DNA from: Patescibacteria group bacterium
GTDB lineage: Bacteria > Patescibacteriota > CPR2 > UBA1875
Direction of reading: 5' to 3'
Assembly (NCBI GenBank): GCA_041737595.1
Contig: JBGSRK010000011.1
Coordinates: 2,658-66,657 of the forward strand
DNA: 64,000 nucleotides
The translations under genes and the position numbers were made by a program. Below, in pieces: positions 29,260-38,104 of the stretch (its first letter is position 1; each line of letters begins with the position of its first letter). Below the pieces are notes generated by a model. It ran no database searches. It was not told the DNA's origin and saw only the letters and a program-made list of their open reading frames with translations.

Positions 29260-31080
29260 ATGAAAGAAAATAAAAATTCTGAGACAATTCAAGATCCTAG
29301 TTCAGAAGAAACAACTGATCTAAAAACTACAATAAGCTCAATTGAACTAGAACCAGGGGATTTATTAAAAACTGATCATAATTTTATAAAATTTACGCCC
29401 GATAATTCGGAAATTAATGAACAAGAAATAGAACGGCTAAGACTATTGATATCTCACCCTGAATATAATGAGCCTACAGGTAAAAAAGCTGAAGATATTG
29501 AAAAGTTAAGTTCACTCCAAATATTAAAAAGTCTTAGAAAACTTGGAAGGGGGCTCGATACTAGCCAGGGGTTTATGTATCAAGAAGATATTTGGGGGAG
29601 AGATAGAGTAATTACTGCAATTGATACACTTTCGACCGAACCAGAAATTGCTCTAGAAACAATTAAGACCTTAGCTGAAATTCAAGGGACAAAAGTAAAT
29701 AAAAAATCAGAAGAAGAGCCAGGTAGAATTCATGATGAAAATAAAAATATAGATAGATGGCCAGCACCGCCCTTAGTAAAGTTACCATTTAGAACAATAA
29801 TCTCACCTCTATGGGGGGGCAATTCAAAAGAATATACAATGTATTTTTCTGGAGATACAACCCCTCTATATATCTCATTAGTACATGAATATTTTGAGAA
29901 AGTAGATTCAAATATTTTAGATCAAGAGATTATTGATAAAGATGGAAAGCAAAAGAATGTAGGGGAATCAGTTAAACAAGCGGTTGGCTGGATATCTAGC
30001 CATTTAAATAATGATGGGCTTGTTGAAATCCCGAAGACAAATATTTTTAGTATTTTATTTCAAACCTGGAGAGATGGAATTTATTCAAACCCTGATGAAA
30101 AAGGTAGGTTACCAAATATTTTAGAACCAATAGTGTATTTAGATATCCAAGCTTTATCAGCTCAAGCATATAATCATGCAGCCGAAATGGTTTCAAATAA
30201 TAATGAAGAATCTGATTTACTCCGAGAAAAAGCAAAAAGATTAATAGATGTTACTGTAAAAGAAATGTGGATGGAGGATGAGCAATTTTTTTCTATTGGA
30301 TTTGATAAAGATGAAAAAGGTAATAATAGATTACTAAGGACAATTCAATCAAATGCTGGTTGGTTATTAAATACAGATTTTTTTGACGAACTATCTGAAG
30401 GTGAACGCAAAAAGTATATTAGTGGTATAATTACAAAATTATTTTCAGATGAGTTTTTAACTGATGTGGGGATTAGAACAAGGTCTGTCAGACATGCAGA
30501 TGATAGAAGCACAGCTGATTATCACGGAAGTTTAGTTTCATGGCCAGTAGATACTTATATGTTTGCAAAAGGGTTAAGAAGACAAGGTTTCCCTGATTTA
30601 GCGACTCAATTGGAAAATAGGATTATTAATGCGGTAAATATGGCAGGTAAAACCGAAGAATTTTTCATTATTGATAAAAATGGGAAAGTTATCATAGATG
30701 TAGAAGAGGCAACCAAAAAAGATAATACCGAAGATATTATAGCTATAGAAAGAATACCTGAAAAAAATATTGCTTGGACTACAACTGCTGTAGCAGCCTC
30801 AAAAAGACAAAAAGGTAAAGAATTTAGACAGCCAAAAAAAGAGATTGAATCAGATCAGTGGAAAATTGATTTACAATCTGAGATACTAAAAAATATAAAA
30901 CAAATTGATGTATATAAATCACGTGAAGAAGTTGCAAAGAATTTTTTTGAGCAACCAAATACTAAGGTAGATCCATTAAAGGGGATGTTAAATTCTATTA
31001 AAGATTTAACCTCGCAGATGTCTAGGGAATTATTTCCAAATAAATTAAGAAAGATTTTAAGAGAAAAGTTTAAGAAGTAA
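29260..31080 (+). CDS. (alpha/alpha)6-barrel glycoside hydrolase-like protein (GDE_C/GH63-like), tentative
   Basis: 606 aa. The C-terminal half resembles amylo-alpha-1,6-glucosidase / GH63 barrels (HGSLVSWPVDTYMFAKGL). Assignment is weak. Confidence 0.35.
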   Translation: MKENKNSETIQDPSSEETTDLKTTISSIELEPGDLLKTDHNFIKFTPDNSEINEQEIERLRLLISHPEYNEPTGKKAEDIEKLSSLQILKSLRKLGRGLDTSQGFMYQEDIWGRDRVITAIDTLSTEPEIALETIKTLAEIQGTKVNKKSEEEPGRIHDENKNIDRWPAPPLVKLPFRTIISPLWGGNSKEYTMYFSGDTTPLYISLVHEYFEKVDSNILDQEIIDKDGKQKNVGESVKQAVGWISSHLNNDGLVEIPKTNIFSILFQTWRDGIYSNPDEKGRLPNILEPIVYLDIQALSAQAYNHAAEMVSNNNEESDLLREKAKRLIDVTVKEMWMEDEQFFSIGFDKDEKGNNRLLRTIQSNAGWLLNTDFFDELSEGERKKYISGIITKLFSDEFLTDVGIRTRSVRHADDRSTADYHGSLVSWPVDTYMFAKGLRRQGFPDLATQLENRIINAVNMAGKTEEFFIIDKNGKVIIDVEEATKKDNTEDIIAIERIPEKNIAWTTTAVAASKRQKGKEFRQPKKEIESDQWKIDLQSEILKNIKQIDVYKSREEVAKNFFEQPNTKVDPLKGMLNSIKDLTSQMSRELFPNKLRKILREKFKK

Positions 31081-31114
31081 TACTAATTATTTTAAACTAT
31101 AATGTTAAAAATAA

Positions 31115-31393
31115 TTAGTCAATATCTATTTTAATAGCTTTACCATTTACAATTGCATCGCTAATTTTTTTATATGCGGAAGATAATATTCTTTGAAAAG
31201 TACTTTGTGAAGTATCCATAATTTTTGCGGCTTCAGTTTGGTCTAATTTATTATTATTTTTAAGTCTTAAGGCTTCAACTTCTTCATGTGTTAATTCTAT
31301 AATTTCAAGATCCCTCAAAGGTACACCCTTAGGTTTAAAAAATGTTATAGAAGGTTTATATAAAATATTTCTGCATTTTCTTGGTCTCATCAA
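31115..31393 (-). CDS. DUF134/UPF0251-family putative DNA-binding protein
   Basis: MMRPRKCRNI...FKPKG N-terminus and a sigma-70-region-4-like HTH (QTEAAKIMDTSQSTFQRILSSA). Confidence 0.7.
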   Translation of the reverse strand: MMRPRKCRNILYKPSITFFKPKGVPLRDLEIIELTHEEVEALRLKNNNKLDQTEAAKIMDTSQSTFQRILSSAYKKISDAIVNGKAIKIDID

Positions 31394-31464
31394 TTTTCCT
31401 TTATCTGTTATAATTATTTTGCGGGTCGCTCCTCATCGATTATATCGACAAGGAGCGGCTCTGT

Positions 31465-31698
31465 CTATTTTACAGAAAGTTCTGTAACTCTTTCTTTAAC
31501 AGCTTTAAGGTCTGCTTCGAGTAGTTCTTGGCTTTCTTTGAGCTCTTCTAACTCCTCATTTTTAGAGAGATAGTTTCTTCCAAAACCATATCCCCTAAAA
31601 CATCCTCGTCCGCCATATTGACCCTTACCACATGGGCCAAAACCACGTCCAGTTTGTGGACCTTGTCCTTGTGGACCTGTTCCATCATATTTAGGCAT
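31465..31698 (-). CDS. DUF5320-family protein
   Basis: MPKYDGTGPQGQGPQTGRGFGPCGKG Gly/Pro/Cys-rich N-terminus and a coiled-coil C-terminus. Immediately upstream of the DUF134 gene, the usual pairing. Confidence 0.7.
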   Translation of the reverse strand: MPKYDGTGPQGQGPQTGRGFGPCGKGQYGGRGCFRGYGFGRNYLSKNEELEELKESQELLEADLKAVKERVTELSVK

Positions 31699-31822
31699 AA
31701 TAGACTCCTTCCTTTGTTATTTATTACCTCACTTATGAGTATATACCCATAATCCAATAAAGTCAATAACATTATACACAAATATTTCTTTAAACTTAAA
31801 AATTTATGATAAAATATGATAT

Positions 31823-32569
31823 ATGAATAATATTTTACTAGAAGCAATTATAGCTACATTAATTATCAGTGCATTTTCTCTTGTAGGTGTTTTTAGTTTT
31901 GCAATAGGTGATAAAATTCTCAAAAAAATTACTATATTTCTAGTTGCATTTTCTACTGGTGCTCTATTAGGTGGAGCATTTTTCCATCTTCTTCCTGAAG
32001 CAATAACTGGAGGGGATGATTTAAAACCATTTATTTATCTTTTATTCGGAATAATTATTTTTTATTTAATGGAAAGACTTTTAAAATGGCATCATTGTCA
32101 TGAAGAAGAAGATTGCGAAATTCATACATTTACCTATATGAGTCTTTTTGGTGACGGTGTCCATAATTTTATTGATGGCCTTGTAATAGTATCTGCTTTT
32201 CATATTAGCAGGGAACTTGGTTTTGCAACGACAATTGCAATTGCGGCTCACGAAATACCTCAAGAATTTGGTGATTTTGGAGTTTTAATCCATGGTGGAT
32301 TCTCTAGGATAAAGGCACTTATGTGGAACTTATTGTCTGCTCTTACTGCAGTTGTTGGGGCAATAGTTGGGTATCTTATGATCTCGAATATAGAAAATTT
32401 TTCATTAGTTCTTTTACCATTTGCCGCTGGAGGTTTTATTTATATTTCAATGTCAGACCTAATACCTGAATTACACAAAGAAAACAATTTAATAAAATCA
32501 CTTATTAATTTCTTAATATTTGTACTTGGTCTTGGGTTTATGTATCTGGTAAAAATTATTTCAGGATAG
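31823..32569 (+). CDS. ZIP-family divalent metal (Zn/Fe) transporter
   Basis: HNFIDGLVIVSAF and AIAAHEIPQEFGDFGVL signature helices, with a His-rich loop (HHCHEEEDCEIH). Confidence 0.8.
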   Translation: MNNILLEAIIATLIISAFSLVGVFSFAIGDKILKKITIFLVAFSTGALLGGAFFHLLPEAITGGDDLKPFIYLLFGIIIFYLMERLLKWHHCHEEEDCEIHTFTYMSLFGDGVHNFIDGLVIVSAFHISRELGFATTIAIAAHEIPQEFGDFGVLIHGGFSRIKALMWNLLSALTAVVGAIVGYLMISNIENFSLVLLPFAAGGFIYISMSDLIPELHKENNLIKSLINFLIFVLGLGFMYLVKIISG

Positions 32570-32574
32570 TCATA

Positions 32575-32883
32575 TTATTTTATAAAAATCAGTATTGTAA
32601 GTCCTAAGACAGTATATAAACCAAGCCAGCTAATACTATAAATAGCTGATTTTATACTTTCACTCTTATTTTTATCTAGAAATAAAATAACTGATTGACC
32701 TAAAATAAGTCCTCCAACAACAGCTGCTGAAAAAGAAAAAAGCAGTAAAATTACAAATGGTGTCATAGAATTATTTTTTCCAAACCAATTTTCTCCATGT
32801 ACCATAACTTGAGATACTAAAAAAATATATATGACAGCTAAAGCAGAATTTCTAAATGTTTTTAATAATAATATTTTATCCAT
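32575..32883 (-). CDS. small membrane protein (uncharacterised)
   Basis: 102 aa with three predicted TM helices. Confidence 0.4.
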   Translation of the reverse strand: MDKILLLKTFRNSALAVIYIFLVSQVMVHGENWFGKNNSMTPFVILLLFSFSAAVVGGLILGQSVILFLDKNKSESIKSAIYSISWLGLYTVLGLTILIFIK

Positions 32884-33069
32884 ATAATAATTATAACATT
32901 TTAGTTAAATAATTAATGAGATAGTTTTAATAAATATCAGAATAGAGCGTAGTTAAAAAAGTGTAGAACCTTTACCATTTTGTTTTAGATACATATATGT
33001 TGAAGGCCGCCTCACAGCGGACGACCTTCAAGAAGGATCCGATATAGACGGCCTTTGTTTGTAGCGGAG

Positions 33070-33522
33070 CTACCCAAGCTCCAATGTGAATGTGAGGTTG
33101 GCGTCGACGTCGTAGCCTTCAGCAACCTTTTGCAGGATTGCAACTGCTTCAGTACAGTCGATGAACCCCTCAGAACCTACGTCCCACAGAGACTGATGAG
33201 GCCCATGCTTCTCTATCTCTTGTGGCGCGTAATAGTCCTCCAGGATGTTAACCACCTCATCCATGATGCTTGGAGGTATGTTCCAAATGCGTGGCGTGAT
33301 AGAGATTATGGCAGTGTTGTCACAGATATCCTTCCAAGCAGTCAGAACGCCTTGGGCCAAAATTACCGCGGTCTTGACCTCAATTGACCCCGACACTGTG
33401 AGTTCATAACACTCGGCGATGTCTTTGATATCAGACACTTCGTCAAGTTTGACCCCCAGTGAGTCGGCGACTCCCAACACTATCTCGCGCAACTGCCTTA
33501 GCCTCTTCGGAATAATCGGCAT
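33070..33522 (-). CDS. hypothetical protein encoded in the G+C-rich island
   Basis: 150 aa starting MPIIPKRLRQ. Strong GGGAGGAG Shine-Dalgarno 7 nt upstream. G+C is markedly higher than the flanks. The AT-rich 92-codon extension in the ORF track (to 33798) has no Shine-Dalgarno and a different composition. Confidence 0.5.
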   Translation of the reverse strand: MPIIPKRLRQLREIVLGVADSLGVKLDEVSDIKDIAECYELTVSGSIEVKTAVILAQGVLTAWKDICDNTAIISITPRIWNIPPSIMDEVVNILEDYYAPQEIEKHGPHQSLWDVGSEGFIDCTEAVAILQKVAEGYDVDANLTFTLELG

Positions 33523-33756
33523 CAAAATCTCCTCCCAGGTTCTAGATTTAGAGTGGCAACGATCTTTTATTGCTTTACTCTTATCTTCAATGGTAGCAGT
33601 ATACAAAAAATATTTTAGATTGTAAATAATAATATCCATATTGTGGCCCAATAAAGCCAAATTAGTTGATAATAGCAGACCTGTCTCGCAAAGATCAAAG
33701 AGTGAAATATGGAAGAAGTTTGGGAATTGTTTAATGTTTTTTGATATAATTATCTT

Positions 33757-33987
33757 ATGAAAAGAATTAAAATATTTTGCTCTAATTGTAATATTCAACT
33801 CTATTCATATAATAAAGATATTCGAGGCCATCTAATTAAATGCTATAAAGATATGATTATTAAGGATTTTACTAACCAGGGTTTAAAATGTCCCAATTGT
33901 GATCAAAAATTTGCAAGAGAGGCCTTATATCATAACCGGCCAGCAAATAAGATTATTCAAGGTAAGGTATTTACAAAAGGGGCTTAA
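33757..33987 (+). CDS. small CxxC...CxxC zinc-finger protein (tentative)
   Basis: 76 aa with CSNC...CPNC. Confidence 0.3.
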   Translation: MKRIKIFCSNCNIQLYSYNKDIRGHLIKCYKDMIIKDFTNQGLKCPNCDQKFAREALYHNRPANKIIQGKVFTKGA

Positions 33988-34069
33988 GAACTTCTATAAA
34001 AGCTATAAAGTAATTATTGTCGATATAATTGTTTTTATATAGCAGAAAGCCCCGTAGAGGCGGCTTTCG

Positions 34070-35023
34070 CTAGTTCTCTTGCGGGGCTTGTGGGATGACA
34101 CGAGGTGATTCGACTGTACGATTCTCTAGCCAGTTGGCGGCCGAGTCGAAATCAGAGAAGTCGCAGACGGCTGTGTGTTTGTATGCTTCTTCCTGACTTT
34201 GAACATCTGGTGGAACGTTGTTGTAGTCAACTACGATGAAGCGGTCTCCGACGACATTGACGTGTCCGTAGGTCCAGTATCTTCCTCCAGCTACAAAGTA
34301 GACAGCATGTCTATACTCACTAATGTGCCAGTAACCAATTTCAGTACAGTCTCTTTCTAAAACCGAGACTTTCGGGACTGTAGCTGCCTGAATTTCTTCC
34401 TCAGTAACCTCGTACATTCGTCGTTGTTTAGTCCACGGGAACTCTTTCCAATGAGCTAACAGCGTCTCTCGTTCTTCAGCCCTAATTTCCTCCCGAGCCA
34501 CATATTGATCTACCCCAAAGTGCTTGCGGTGAATTGGGATCGGAAAGCCATCGGCGATGCGATTGAGACCAAGGTTCGTTAGGTCGGTGTCCACCATAAC
34601 ATCGAGTCCTTGATGGTGGAAGTGTGCAGCGAATTTGTCGACACAGTCAGCTTCATGGAACCCAGCGATCACCACCTTACCCAACTCTCCTTGTATTTGA
34701 TTCTGCACGAAGGCTGGGTCGGCGTAGATCTCCTGATCCAGTTGGTCTCGCGTGATGCCTGAAGCCAGGAACCCATCAGTTGGATATATATTCACGTGAG
34801 TTGTAATCCAGCGAAGATCTGGTTCTAGTGTGTTGTCTGGTTCTGAAAACAGCAACCAGAGTACTTTGAATCCTCTTTGTCTATAACGAACATCGATAAG
34901 CGAGTCGAAGTAGGGGAATACGTATTTGCAGCATTCAGGAGAGCCAAGAGAGAAGCCAAGGTCTTTCTGTTCATGTTCGAAGTACCTCATGTCTGGGTAC
35001 ACGAACAAAAGGATGTCTTGCAT
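34070..35023 (-). CDS. G+C-rich island protein: isochorismatase-like (cysteine-hydrolase fold) N-domain fused to an unknown C-domain
   Basis: 317 aa. VVIAGFHEADCVDKFAAHFHHQGLDVMVDTDL resembles the catalytic-Cys strand of isochorismatase-family hydrolases. AAGGAGGT Shine-Dalgarno. G+C is about half, against about one-third in surrounding genes. Confidence 0.45.
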   Translation of the reverse strand: MQDILLFVYPDMRYFEHEQKDLGFSLGSPECCKYVFPYFDSLIDVRYRQRGFKVLWLLFSEPDNTLEPDLRWITTHVNIYPTDGFLASGITRDQLDQEIYADPAFVQNQIQGELGKVVIAGFHEADCVDKFAAHFHHQGLDVMVDTDLTNLGLNRIADGFPIPIHRKHFGVDQYVAREEIRAEERETLLAHWKEFPWTKQRRMYEVTEEEIQAATVPKVSVLERDCTEIGYWHISEYRHAVYFVAGGRYWTYGHVNVVGDRFIVVDYNNVPPDVQSQEEAYKHTAVCDFSDFDSAANWLENRTVESPRVIPQAPQEN

Positions 35024-35252
35024 CGTGTACCTCCTTAGAAGGTGCGGGATTTACAGGGTTGAATTGTATACTAAAATATAGAAAATGTCAATGAAATGTT
35101 AATGGTTATTATATTTAAAAAACCCATATAAAGCCATAAAGTAAGTATTAGTGGAGTGTAGTGGGGTATATGTGGTACTTACATTATTCTAGTTGTATCC
35201 AATAATAGGAGGTATACTCTAATTAGGTAGTATTTTAATAAAGGATTTAATT

Positions 35253-35447
35253 ATGACTAATTTAGAAGAAATTAAAAGAAAAGAAGCCCGTCAGCAAAAA
35301 GTTATTTCTATGCTTCGTCAAAAAAACGCCAAACTAGATCATAAAATGGCCGATATTCAAGGGGAAGAGACACGTTTACAGCAACAGATAGATACTGAAA
35401 TTAAAAAATTGGAAGCAATTCAACGGTCTGCACAAAATAATATGTAA
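35253..35447 (+). CDS. small coiled-coil protein (uncharacterised)
   Basis: 64 aa, charged and helical, between the island and ssrA. Confidence 0.3.
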   Translation: MTNLEEIKRKEARQQKVISMLRQKNAKLDHKMADIQGEETRLQQQIDTEIKKLEAIQRSAQNNM

Positions 35448-35475
35448 TGTTTTAACTAAATAAAAAATTAAACAT

Positions 35476-35862
35476 TGGTGGAGCTGGCGGGAATTGAACC
35501 CGCGTCCGAAAGCAAAAACAAAATAAATTTAGCAACCATACTTAGCTCTGTTGTTTTAGATACAGACTAAAGAACCAAGAAAAAATCTATATCCTATTTC
35601 TTATGTCTTAGACGTGATTAAGAAAATCACACGTAGCAGTCCGAAAATATAACACCTCGAACTCCCTATCGGACGTCAGGGGCGAGATGGTTGTATGCGA
35701 TTAGGCTACAACTGGTGCAAAAGTAGGCATGCTGAAAGCAGCTTTTACTTTTGCGGCAAGTGAGTTTACACTTGTTGTTTAACGCATTGAATAACGCGGA
35801 TACGTTACCGCGGATTGCATTATTTTGTTTTTAATGTACCTTCGTCGAAGCCTGGCAGCCCC
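35476..35862 (-). ncRNA. ssrA: transfer-messenger RNA (tmRNA)
   Basis: 5' end GGGGCUGCCAGGCUUCGACG and 3' end GGACGCGGGUUCAAUUCCCGCCAGCUCCACCA form the tRNA-Ala-like acceptor/T-arm with the G3·U pair. The internal tag ORF GCC GCA AAA GUA AAA GCU GCU UUC AGC AUG CCU ACU UUU GCA CCA GUU GUA GCC UAA encodes (A)AKVKAAFSMPTFAPVVA. smpB lies 1.5 kb away. Confidence 0.85.
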
Positions 35863-36040
35863 TTCGTCAGCGCAAGCTAACGATAATCGCAACTAAAGTT
35901 ACTTTTATCTCCCACTGCGCTTCCTCTTAAATCAAAATAAACAGATTTTGATTTGTAAGACAAGAAGGATTTTAGCACAAATAAGGTTATTTTTCAATTA
36001 TGTCTGGTACGATAAATTTATATTTTGTATAATAATAAGT

Positions 36041-37360
36041 ATGAAGATAGCTATATTTACTGATACATATTCACCTGAAATAAACGGGATTGTTACAAGT
36101 ATTACAAACTTTACTACAAGAATGGCTAAGCGTGGGCATAAGATTTATATATTTTGTCCAAAATATGATAGAAAAAAGGATATCCCTCAAAAAAATATAG
36201 AAGTTTATAGATATATTTCCTTTAGTTTTGCTACAAATAAAAATACTAAATTAGCCTTTCCTTCACTTTTTACTATTGTAAATAAACTAGATGAAATTAA
36301 GCCGGATATTATTCATTCGCAAACACCAATGAACATAGGTATGACAGGGGTAATGGCAGCAAAAATCCTTAAAATCCCTAATATTCAGACTTATCATACA
36401 TATATTCCAGATTTTATGGTTTATCTTTCTCCTAAAAAGCTTCTTGGAATTGATGGTTTTTATGAACAAATTAGAGATTCAAAAGTTTTAAGATCAATAT
36501 ATCAAACTAGAGCATTTAGAAAAATTATTAAAACGAGAAAGAATTTAAATGAAAGTGAATTTTCTAAAAATCTTGAAAAGGCATTTAAAACTCAAAAAAG
36601 AGTAAAAAGGTTTGATCTAACAGAAAGATTTGCTTGGGATTTTACTAGGTTTTTATATGGTAGAGCTGACCTTGTTCTTGCTCCTTCAAATGCACTTGTG
36701 ACTTCTCTTAAAAAACACAAACTTAAAGCACCTGCGGAATTCCAAAGTAATGGGATTGAATATAATTATTTCCCTAAAAAAACAAATTATCTAATCCACC
36801 AAAAGATAGTTCATGTTGGAAGATTAGGGCTAGAAAAAGATGTCGATATTGTTATAAAGGCAATTAACATTTTGAGAAAGGATTATCCTAATATAAAGCT
36901 TGATATTGTTGGGGATGGACCAGCCAGACAGTCTTTGGAAAAATTAGTAAAAAAACTCAAATTAGAAAATAATGTAAAATTTTTAGGTTTTGTCCCTCGA
37001 AGTAAAATAAGAACCAAATTGAAGTCTTATGATTTTTTTGCAACAGCCTCAGCAATAGAAACCCAAGGTTTGGTTATCCTTGAGGCAATGGCTGCAGGTC
37101 TCCCGGCAATTGGGGTTAAAAAACTCGCAGTTCCCGAGATTGTAATAAATGATAAATCTGGTTATCTTGCTAAACCCAAAAATCCTAAATCATTTGCAGA
37201 AAAAATGAGATTACTATTACAATCAAAGAAAAAAAATAAACGCTTAGGCACTGGGGCAATGGAAGTAGCACTTTCTCATCATATTTATGGTGAAGTCGAA
37301 AAACTTGAGAATTATTATTCAGAAACTGTTTTTAAATATTTAAACAAAAAAAGATCATAG
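36041..37360 (+). CDS. GT4-family glycosyltransferase (glycosyl transferase group 1)
   Basis: MKIAIFTDTYSPEINGI N-terminus and the C-terminal EX7E region (GLVILEAMAAGLPAIG). The ORF-track start at 35948 would leave no room for an ssrA promoter. Confidence 0.8.
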   Translation: MKIAIFTDTYSPEINGIVTSITNFTTRMAKRGHKIYIFCPKYDRKKDIPQKNIEVYRYISFSFATNKNTKLAFPSLFTIVNKLDEIKPDIIHSQTPMNIGMTGVMAAKILKIPNIQTYHTYIPDFMVYLSPKKLLGIDGFYEQIRDSKVLRSIYQTRAFRKIIKTRKNLNESEFSKNLEKAFKTQKRVKRFDLTERFAWDFTRFLYGRADLVLAPSNALVTSLKKHKLKAPAEFQSNGIEYNYFPKKTNYLIHQKIVHVGRLGLEKDVDIVIKAINILRKDYPNIKLDIVGDGPARQSLEKLVKKLKLENNVKFLGFVPRSKIRTKLKSYDFFATASAIETQGLVILEAMAAGLPAIGVKKLAVPEIVINDKSGYLAKPKNPKSFAEKMRLLLQSKKKNKRLGTGAMEVALSHHIYGEVEKLENYYSETVFKYLNKKRS

Positions 37361-37801
37361 CTATTTTTTTAAAGCTCTTTTGATATCTCGTTCTTGTTCT
37401 CTTTTCTTAATCGTTTCACGTTTATCATATCTTTTTTTACCTTTACCGAGACCTATTTCAACTTTTATCAAGTTATTCTTTGAATAAATTTTAAGAGGGA
37501 TTAGGGTATTGCCTTCAGCTTGGGCCTTTCCAATTAATTTTATTATCTCAGATTTTTTTAAGAGAAGTTTTCTTGATCTTGTTGGATTATAATCTGTGTT
37601 TAGAGCTGGTTTATATGGAGAAATATGAGCATTAGTTAAATATAATTCGCCCTGTTTTGTTGTTGCGAATGATTCTTTTATACTAATCTGACCAGCACGG
37701 ACAGATTTAACTTCTGGCCCAGTAAGCATAATACCAGCCTCATATTCTTCTAAAATTTCATAATTGAATCTAGCTTTTTTATTCTCTGCAAATATTTTCA
37801 T
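37361..37801 (-). CDS. smpB: SsrA-binding protein
   Basis: 146 aa: KKARFNYEILEEYEAGIMLTGPEVKS...GKGKKRYDKRE. Confidence 0.9.
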   Translation of the reverse strand: MKIFAENKKARFNYEILEEYEAGIMLTGPEVKSVRAGQISIKESFATTKQGELYLTNAHISPYKPALNTDYNPTRSRKLLLKKSEIIKLIGKAQAEGNTLIPLKIYSKNNLIKVEIGLGKGKKRYDKRETIKKREQERDIKRALKK

Positions 37802-37854
37802 ATATTTATTATACTTTACCTTATGCCTATTAGTATAATTATATCTTTCAATTT

Positions 37855-38003
37855 GAGACAGTTGAAAAACGTTTTTCTAATGTCATTGCGAGCCTGCGAA
37901 GCAATCTTTTTCGTACTTAGGGGTTAGATTGCCACGTCGTGAACTCCCTGCCTGCCGGCAGGCAGGCTCGCAATGACGTTTCGGGGAGTTTTTCAACAGT
38001 CTC
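37855..38003. mobile_element. MITE-like non-autonomous element (repeat family 2) with terminal inverted repeats and a target-site duplication
   Basis: Terminal inverted repeats gagacagttgaaaaac / gtttttcaacagtctc (15 of 16 matched). 10-bp direct repeat ctttcaattt immediately outside both ends (37845-37854 and 38004-38013). Internal 20-bp perfect palindrome cctgcctgccggcaggcagg and core tgtcattgcgagcctgcgaagcaatct. Confidence 0.75.
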
Positions 38004-38104
38004 CTTTCAATTTATGTACTTCACATTAGCGAAGCATAAGCTTTATTATGTTATTTTGGAGATATTTAAATGACAATAAAGTTAAAATCAAGTATAATAT
38101 CGTT

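Noticed and set aside
33523-33798. AT-rich 92-codon N-terminal extension of the 33070-33798 ORF, and the antisense ORF 33055-33387
   Set aside because: The composition switches abruptly from AT-rich to G+C-rich at the internal ATG (33522), which has a strong GGGAGGAG Shine-Dalgarno. The extension has none. The antisense ORF is a shadow of the G+C-rich gene.
35253-35476. Direct repeat of the ssrA 3' end marking an island boundary
   Set aside because: No copy of the ssrA terminal sequence was found near 33000-33060 or 35024-35250, so precise attL/attR sites cannot be claimed.
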